Below, piece after piece: positions 1 to 29,752 of a DNA stretch of 29,752 nt (positions are counted from its first letter, which is position 1; each line of letters starts with the position of its first letter). A program made the position numbers and the translations under genes. The notes below the pieces were generated by a model, which saw nothing but the letters and a program-made list of their open reading frames with translations, had not been told where the DNA came from and searched no databases. The DNA is from Amoebidium appalachense (lineage: Eukaryota > Protista > Ichthyosporea): the NCBI GenBank assembly GCA_963693365.1, contig CAVNZM010000047.1, positions 1 to 29,752 of the forward strand. The letters run 5' to 3'.

Positions 1-106
1 TTTCTCCCGTACTCCCGCCGTTTTCTCTCGGTTCTTGCTTACTTGGTTCAAGTCTATGAGACGAATCCAAAGAATTGAGAGAAAGAAGAGGAAAAGATGC
101 AATTAC

Positions 107-22325
<22,219 letters not shown>

Positions 22326-22369
22326 CGCTGGTGTGTTCCCAGAACACAAAGGTGAACTCGAAGGTCGTT

Positions 22370-22397
22370 GGCGCGCCATCCTCACGTGACGTGGGCC
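22370..22397 (-). promoter_or_regulatory. Possible proximal promoter motif cluster (overlapping CACGTG E-box and TGACGT)
   Basis: GGCGCGCC...TCACGTGACGTGG lies about 45-70 bp upstream of ATG 22325; motif match only. Confidence 0.25.
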
Positions 22398-22589
22398 AAC
22401 TTTGGCAGACAGTAACATTAAATGGGCGCTAACGCCGTACTGTGAAAGTCACTGCGCACGACTGCAGTGTGTGCTCTCTTGGCAGGACTTTCCCACAAAT
22501 ATACCTTCCTCGATACTATAGTAGCACTGATCACCAGTCTGTATACACCAACGAGTGAGGCGAAGCTCGCCCGATATTGCGACTCGATC

Positions 22590-22721
22590 ATTCGTCACTC
22601 GGATCACGGTGCCACGAACGGGCAACGCTGCTGGTGTCAAATTCGTCACTCGGATCACGGTACCACGGAACGTGAGCTCGACTCAAGCTCTTTGGGTAAC
22701 GCTGCTGCGCGGTGTCAAATT
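22590..22721. repeat. Short interleaved direct repeats upstream of the minus-strand gene
   Basis: ATTCGTCACTCGGATCACGGTRCCACG x2 and AACGCTGCTG..GTGTCAAATT x2. Confidence 0.75.
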
Positions 22722-23413
22722 GTGTGGACGTGTAATACTAGTAGAAGAAAAGAGAAATGCCTTGGTACCTTTGTAACTAACTTTTGGTAAAAAAAATGCA
22801 TTGGCTATTTAACAAAAGACTTGCCCGGCCTGCCATTTTCATCGATAAGACAATAGTATCAATTTATCGTTGGCATGTGCCACCAATATTTCAGATATTG
22901 TATTCGATGTCAAGCCTTCGATTGGATACAGGGATCAATGCCTAGCTAGTATTGGCTGTATTGCGTGTGAGTTTGTTTCCTCCCGATATTATATCTATTT
23001 TGTGTAAATATTTAGGTATAATCTGTTTCTATGACTCACGCTGCCGTTGCAATGCGCAAGAGATGTCTCACCGATCTTCGCAAAATCCTACTGGGCCCGC
23101 ATGGAAATATTTTTTTATTGAGTATCCCCCAAAACTTCCTACTGTGGGGCGAGCCGTATGTGTGCAACCATGCTCCCGGGAAAATGTGTGTGTAACAGTA
23201 TTTAACTAGTAACTACGGAAAATGAAGCTCCGTTATACCAGAATACCCCTTTTTAGAGTAAATATATATTGATTTTTACTATATGTAGGACCACATGCAT
23301 GCAGTCCTATGCCTGTAACGGAATTTTGCGTGGCCTAATTCTCGAAACTGGAAAATCGGAAATCCGCTGTTACACAGTGTATGTACTTTCCGTCGAATAA
23401 ATCCAGTCAAAAG

Positions 23414-24553
23414 AAGATGATTATGGCTTGGCGGTGTAATCGGTTTCTGGTGTCTCCTGCTCGTATGTGTAATATGTGTGGGGGGCGGTTTACTCGCGGC
23501 TGCATATCTATCAATAAATGCAACCTGTTAGCTAAACTAATGTATTAGAACCGGAGGTTATTGGCGGTTTTATTCTCTTTTCTTCCTCTCTTCCTCAATA
23601 TATCCGATTTGACGCATATGTAGGTAGGTATCAACGGTTTGTCAGGACTGCGTTTGGTGTGGTTCGGAGGGCGGCAACCAGCTTCCGAGCTTCCGAGGCC
23701 GGCCCAAGCAATAAATTGGGCCACTTTCAACTTTATTTATTCAAGTACTTTACGTGGTTACTTTAATGATATCCGTATGTTCCCACTGAGTATCAAATAC
23801 TCGAAGGCGACCAGAAACACGCTGGAGGGCAAAAAATGAAGTTATTTATATGTCTATTGCTAAATATTTACAAGCTAACAACGACACACTGTATTCTATA
23901 ATGGGAAACACTGATTCGGCTGAAATGCGTGTAGCGAGTAGGCGGTTGAAATACCACGGCCCTCTCTCTGAAAAAGTCGACGGCCTGGCCGCAGATCGGG
24001 GTCAAAAGAGCAGATTGGTATTTTCTTTGGACTGGGTTGATTCGACGGAAAGATATGCAAGTATGCACGGCATACTGAGAAGACAATAAAAACTTCACGA
24101 GATATCCAGTAACAAGTGTCCCATTGCCGAGCGCTATGTGGAATGGCTGGCGACCCCCCCGGAGGTACGGCTAGATCATAGTGTGAATATGAATAGTTTC
24201 AAGTCTATGGCTGATAGATATCTTTTTACTCTACGTGTTGAGTCCCTTCCGGTGTTAGGACCGCACAAACACCAACTACTAGTAGCCTATATGGCGGATA
24301 CGGTTAGAGAGTCTCGTTCATACATAGATTCGTTTATTCGTAATGTGGTGTGGTGTAAAAACGCAAAGATGATTATGGCTTGGCGGTGTAATCGGTTTCT
24401 GGTGTCTCCTGCTCGTATGTGTAATATGTGTGGGGGGCGGTTTACTCGCGGCTGCATATCTATCAATAAATGCAACCTGTTAGCTAATGTATTAGAACCG
24501 GAGGTTATTGGCGGTTTTATTCTCTTTTCTTCATCTCTTCCTCAATATATCCG
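23414..24553 (+). repeat. About 190-bp direct repeat (23414-23606 and 24366-24553)
   Basis: The copies differ by one substitution and a 5-nt insertion (gctaa-actaa-tgt) in the first copy. Confidence 0.92.
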
Positions 24554-24665
24554 TTTTAAGATGACTATCCTAGATCACCTTATTAATGCTGCACAGTATG
24601 ATATTGTGATCCGGTGCCTTAACTTTCTGTCGGAGCTACCGATGCTAGCATCTGCTTACCCATAA
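23639..24665 (+). pseudogene. Decayed intronless ORF, probably the C-terminal part of a non-LTR retrotransposon polyprotein
   Basis: ORFs 23850-24089 and 24138-24665 are in the same frame, separated by a single TAA; ORF 23639-23839 can join via a frameshift in the A6 run at 23831-23836. The tail ID...IMAWRCN...CNMCGGRFTR...CNLL...TILDHLIN resembles zinc-knuckle-like C-termini of LINE ORFs (recalled similarity only). Confidence 0.45.
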
Positions 24666-26274
24666 TATGTAATAGGGGTGTCAGATCCTACGATGGCGCT
24701 CATTGTTGCCTAGCATGTACATATGTCACTGGCTGCATTTGATTGGCTGTGCTGGAAAACGCAGTAGGCCGTCGAATGTGGCTGGGCCTCCGGCAATGTC
24801 CACGCAATAAAAAGTGTGTAAACCCCATACTGAGATACCTGAACACTGTGTGAAAATCATATAAATACTCAATGTGACGACCAACAGAATTCAACAAAAA
24901 GTCTTAAATGTTCACATTGCCAGCTAGTGTAGCAGACACCCGTAGGGAAAGAGGTAAAACGCGACATAAAAACTCACACCTATTAGCATGCTTGCGATTA
25001 AAAAGTTCAGCACAAAAGTGGCACCAGCGGCGATGAAAACAAGAATTACAGCGCCACTGCACAACTTCCCAGGCAATATGAACATCAGAACACCATACAG
25101 ACTTATCTATTAGGGTGGTATCCAGGAGAAATGTATCCTGCCAAAGCTCCCAAAAAGCGATAATGATCAGTACGGTGTTGCCTAAGGAACATAACACATG
25201 CCGACTGAGTTTTACCTTTGATTTCTCTATCAGAACGAGAAAGAAACTTATACTGCGTATGGTAATAACGCGAAAAGGCAGAAAAAACAGGGAGACCCAG
25301 GTGATTTTGAAAAGATCAAATACGGTCATCGGAGGCCTTTTGCGATGCGGAACGACAAAATCTGAAATGTGGCTGGCGAGACGTAGCGAAAATCGTACAC
25401 ATCTGGTCAAATCTGGTAACACCGTCGTAGAGATGGAACGTGAAATGGAATGTGCGCTGGACAGCTTTAACCAATGGGCGCGCGCCATGGCATGCATGCA
25501 TTCATCGACGGCGCCCGGCCGCGGCGCACTTGCCGCGCCAGCACCAGATGATATGCATGATGTATATATGTATACACATATTTTTATAAATGCCTATAGA
25601 AGTCACTGCCATGCATGGCAAGCAGCACGTTACACACAGCACAAATTTTTGCTTTCTGCATTATGTCATAGCTCTAATATTACTATGTCAAAGCTCAAAT
25701 ATCATGATGTGTATACATATGCCTCGAGCCCGGGTCTATACGAAGGAAGGTCGACTGCTAAATATGGCATACGCATCCGCGCCGGCATTCCAAGAGAGTG
25801 CGTGTTATAGAAATGTGCTGATTAGTGTATTTGCTTCTACCGTTCAAAACCTTAGGTGTGTACTCTCACAGAAATGCCAAAGATAGCAGAAAAATAGTAG
25901 CAGGGCACTTATATATGTATCATGTTTGCATTTAAGACACTTTATATTATTAGTCTATACTCGGATGCCTATAGAAACCACGTCATACGAAGCTTTGAAG
26001 TGTGACCGGAGCGGAATGGCGCATTATCATTACCCACCTTTGGAAAAACTTTGTCATTGGATTATAGAAGAAGGCGCGTGCATAATCCAATCAGCGCTGT
26101 GCAGCCTGGACAGCAGTGGGCACGTTCGTTGCTCTGTCTGTGTTCGTGCCACACCTAACTCCAAATGCCGGAGTGTCTGCCGGAGTGTGACTTAGGAAAG
26201 GGAACAAACGCCACATGTTTAGCTTAGCTCCGGACGTTTAGGAGGTGCTGTTGTGCACCAAACGGGGCTTGAAA

Positions 26275-29270
26275 ATGGATGTAGAACGAGACCGAGAACT
26301 TCTGGCAGCATTGGAAGAATTTCTAGGGCTTGGGTTTCTAGGAACAGATGGCAACGACGAGCAAGAGGATGTGTCTATGAACCCAGACACCGAAAATGGC
26401 GGTGAACGGGAGGAAAATGTGCCTAAACATGCTCCGCACACAGACGCACGAGAGAACGCTTTTGGCAATCACCTTCGCGATACAACCAACCTGCTACGGG
26501 GTAACGAAAAGGGACTACCTCAAAAGCGAAAAAAGGAGCTACAGCTGCAGCGCGCACGCGAGCTGTATTTGAATAAGCGCAAACCCGAGAGTGAGCTCAA
26601 CGACGAGCAGAGAAAGCGGCGTCGTAAGGTAGAGGAGTCATATGCAAACCGTACCACGAGTTTCCGACTCTGCTTCGACTGCTACGAATTGCTGGCACAG
26701 AGTACGAAGTATTGCTTTGGTTGCCAACTTGAGCATGTTCTGCAGCAAAAGCAGGAAACCGGTCGCAGGTATCGCATGCACAAGCCGGTAGTTGAAGTCT
26801 GCACTGGTAGTCTGCCGTTGCCAAAGGAGCAGCGCGAGATGATATCACTACTGGCGGCTGCGGAGGAGGGAGCTAGCCCAGCGGCAGGAGCTTATAGCCG
26901 GCGCATTTTTCTTGTCAAGGGCAGAAACCCAAGAGGCCCCGATCGACGGTATGTAAAGCAGGTTTACACATTTTTTGTGGTGCATACGTGTGTGTGCTTT
27001 AAAGCGTGTGCCTGTTACACCTTTGTTGACTGACCGGCTATTATGGGTGACCTCCCCACCTCCCTCTCTTTCTTTCTCGCACCTGCCTCCATCTCTGTGC
27101 GAGTCCCCACCTGTGTGCCCGGCTACCTGTCCGCATTTGTGTGTGCTTGCCAACGGTAGATGCCTCTGCCCGTGTGCCTGTCTTCTGGCTGCCTGCCTGC
27201 TTTGCGCCTGCCTGCCTGTGTCCTTCTGCCCTGTGTGCATTCCTGCACCTGTGGCTGCCTGCCTGTTTTGCTGCCTGCTTGTGGGCTTGTGTGCCTGTGT
27301 GCTTGGCAAGTGATTGTTCTTGGTGCTCGTGGAGCCTTTTCTTTATATGTATATTTTTTCTGCCTTTTTTTTTTTTTTTGGGGGGGGGGGGGGGGGGGAG
27401 GGGGGGAGGTGGGGTGAGGGGGGGGGGAAGGGGGTCACTGACACGAAACAAGTACATGAGGTGTCTTAGAAACAGCCTCCATACCATGCTTCAACTAACA
27501 CGAGGTTCACAGGAGGATGGTTGTGCTCTACTACTACAACAAAGCTTTTGTATTTGGAGAATGTGATAGTGAAGACTGCAACGGTGCAATGGCTGCACGT
27601 GTCGGCACATCAGATGGGCCAGTGTGGTGCCACCATATTAAAGTGGCTTCGACTTGGGAGAGTATGCAAACCCTTCCCCCCTCCCCCCTCCCCCCTCCCC
27701 CTCCCTCCCTCCCTCCCTCCCTCCCTCTCTCCCTCCCTCTCTCTCACTCCCCCCCCCCCTCTCTCCTCCCCCCCCCCCCCCCCCCCCATCCCCCTTTTCC
27801 TCGTTGGACTCTTATGACTCTGAGAAGACAAGCATGCACCCTACCGTCTCCTCCCCCCCCCCCCCTCGCCTCCCTCCCCCCCCCCCCTCCCCCCCTCCAA
27901 CCTCCTCCCCCTCATACTGGAGGAACACAATGATTTTCCCCTTCCCCCCCCCCCTCCTCCCCTCCTTCCCCCCCAAACTGTCCCTCTACCCCACCTTCTC
28001 TCCCTCCTTAGCCGTTCTCCTCCCTTTGTATCGTTCTTCCCCTTCGATGTATGTTTTCCAGTTCGTGAGTGATTTTGCTCCTTAGTTTTTGTTCATATGC
28101 ATCAAATTATTCGAAACTTTAGTCCCAAACCCATTGCTCCCCCACCCCCTCCCCCCCCTCGAACATGTAGGTACGGCAGCACTTTCTGATCCCCCCTCTC
28201 CCCCCCTCCCCCCCCCCCCCCCCCCATTTCCCTGCTTTCTCGCTGTTATGTGTGGCGTTCCATGCTGTCGAGTGATATGAAACTTTTAACGTGGTGTGGA
28301 AGGCTGCCCACTAGTACCCTTCCCCTATTCTTCCCTCCTCTACCAATCCGTCTTCCACCTGCTCCCCGCACTCACACACCCCGCTTTCTGGGCCTGAGCA
28401 CAAGCACCACCACCCCCTCTCCCCCCTCCCCCCCCCCCCACCCCTCCCCCCCCCCCCCCCCCCTCCTCCTCCCTGGCGCGTCTCCTTCTCTGCACTCACC
28501 TCCAGCCCCTTTTGCTGCAAGGTTATTACATACACATCAAAAGGTTTAACCCAAACAGCCCCCATCCCTCCTTCCGCTCTCTAGCGCACATCTTCCCCTT
28601 CCCGAAATACTCTATCAAAGACATGTGCATGCCCTTTTCTTCGGCACATGTATGTAGTTGACTTACTTGCAGGTTTTCTGCAGAGCTTGGCAAGCCACGT
28701 ACGGTTGGCTGCAAGGTGCCCCCCCACTGGGCCAGCTTCCTTGAGAAAAAATACCAAGACCACCTGCAGGCAGCACAGCAGCAGGATCAGAACTCGGGGA
28801 ATGGTGGCCCAGGTGTGGGGGGGGCAGCCCAGCAGGGTGCCGATGCACAGCCAGCATGCAGCCCTGCTGACCGGGAAAAGGCATTGCGCCTTTGGAGCCT
28901 GGGGGTTCTGGGTCGGCAGCGGATGATTGAGGAGGATGCAGAGCACTTCGGGTTCAGCCAGGTGCAGAAGGTGCTTGATGGCAAAAGAAACCCGACTGGG
29001 TTCTATGTAGGTGCGTGTGCTTGTTGTTGGATGGGCTGTGTAAGGTTGTGGCAATGGGCTCGAGGGCTTGTAGGATAATGGGTACCATTGCGAACTAAGC
29101 TCAAGGGTGCCTGATATGAATCATCGTATTTGTGTGTGGCTTTCCGCGGGGGGGGGGGGGGGGGGGAGGGGGGGGGAGGGGAGGGGGGGGGGGGAGGGCA
29201 TAGGTGTCGCTGTTTAGGTTGGCGCGCTTTACTGTTGGAGGGGCGTGGATTTTTTTTTGTGTGTGTGTGT

Positions 29271-29302
<32 letters not shown>

Positions 29303-29326
29303 CTAAAAACAATATGGTTCGGTTGG

Positions 29327-29377
<51 letters not shown>

Positions 29378-29752
29378 TGTGAGTCTGTGTATGTCTCTGT
29401 GTCTGTGTCTGCGTCTGCGTCTGTGTCTGTGTCTGTGTCATTCTGTGTGCGTGATTGAGTTGACTTGGATAGGTGGGCAGTAGAAATTTGTGTTCCTGGG
29501 GGGGTGTAGGCAAGGGTGAGGGGAAGGAAGACACCTGCTTATTATCTGGCTCTTGCAGTGCACGGTGGTGTTGCAGCAAGTGCAGACGATGGGGATGCGC
29601 TTGATGATCCCACTGGCTTCCGTGTTGTCTATGCCCGTTCTGATAAGAATGGGCGCATTGTCTCCCTCTCCTGTAGTTGCCCAGAGTACCGTGGGCGCAA
29701 GCGCAATGCCAAACACGATGGTTTTGTCCGATGCTTCCACTTCTGGCCCCTT
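26275..29752 (+). CDS. Multi-exon gene (3' truncated by window) for a C2orf42/HMGXB3-like zinc-finger/SWIM protein, possibly the N-terminus of a Zisupton/KDZ-type transposase or its domesticate
   Basis: Exons 26275-26948 (CG|gtatgt), 27513-27661 (actaac..ttcacag|, A|gtatgc), 28684-29010 (ttttctgcag|, G|gtgcgt) and 29559->29752 (tcttgcag|) join in frame. Motifs in order: CFDC-x10-CFGC, IFLVKGRNPRGPDRR, GECDSEDC...WCHHIK, SPADREKALRLW...VQKV, SCSC...RCFHFW. This order matches my recollection of human C2orf42 (RDRGPDYR; CQHIK; VQRI; FCSC...RCIHFF). Confidence 0.75.

Noticed and set aside
23414-24553. LTR/TRIM interpretation of the 190-bp direct repeats
   Set aside because: No TG...CA ends, PBS, PPT or TSD seen, and the second copy is internal to an ORF.
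24904-25810. Overlapping ORFs of 197 aa (-) and 231 aa (+)
   Set aside because: No recognisable motifs, atypical composition, mutually overlapping; not supportable as genes.
26975-27313. Cys/Leu-rich ORF resembling a metallothionein or keratin-associated protein
   Set aside because: It derives from degenerate (GCCT)n/(GT)n repeats within intron 1 of the plus-strand gene.

Overview
Eukaryotic genomic DNA, probably protist-type (organism not identifiable from sequence), with introns full of poly-G/poly-C tracts and (GT)n, (GA)n and (GGGA)n microsatellites, so most of the supplied ORF track is spurious. Two divergently transcribed spliced genes were reconstructed by hand. (1) A minus-strand gene starts at ATG 22325 and runs off the left edge: 27 in-frame exons, 4798 nt, about 1600 aa within the window. 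It encodes a secreted mosaic protein: signal peptide, 3 WSC domains, a Cys-rich/EGF module, 9 PAN/apple-like modules alternating with 8 odd-cysteine EGF-derived spacers, then H-type-lectin-like repeats. Most modules are single phase-1/phase-1 exons. One donor reads GG instead of GT. (2) A plus-strand gene starts at ATG 26275 and runs off the right edge (4 exons seen). It encodes a zinc-finger/SWIM-like protein resembling C2orf42/HMGXB3, the latter linked to Zisupton/KDZ DNA transposons. Elsewhere are a TTAA-flanked MITE, a 41-bp TTAA-ended hairpin, a second inverted-repeat element, a decayed ORF resembling a non-LTR retrotransposon C-terminus with a 190-bp duplicated fragment, and many short tandem duplications, two of which copy splice sites. 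All domain calls are motif recognition from memory, not database searches.
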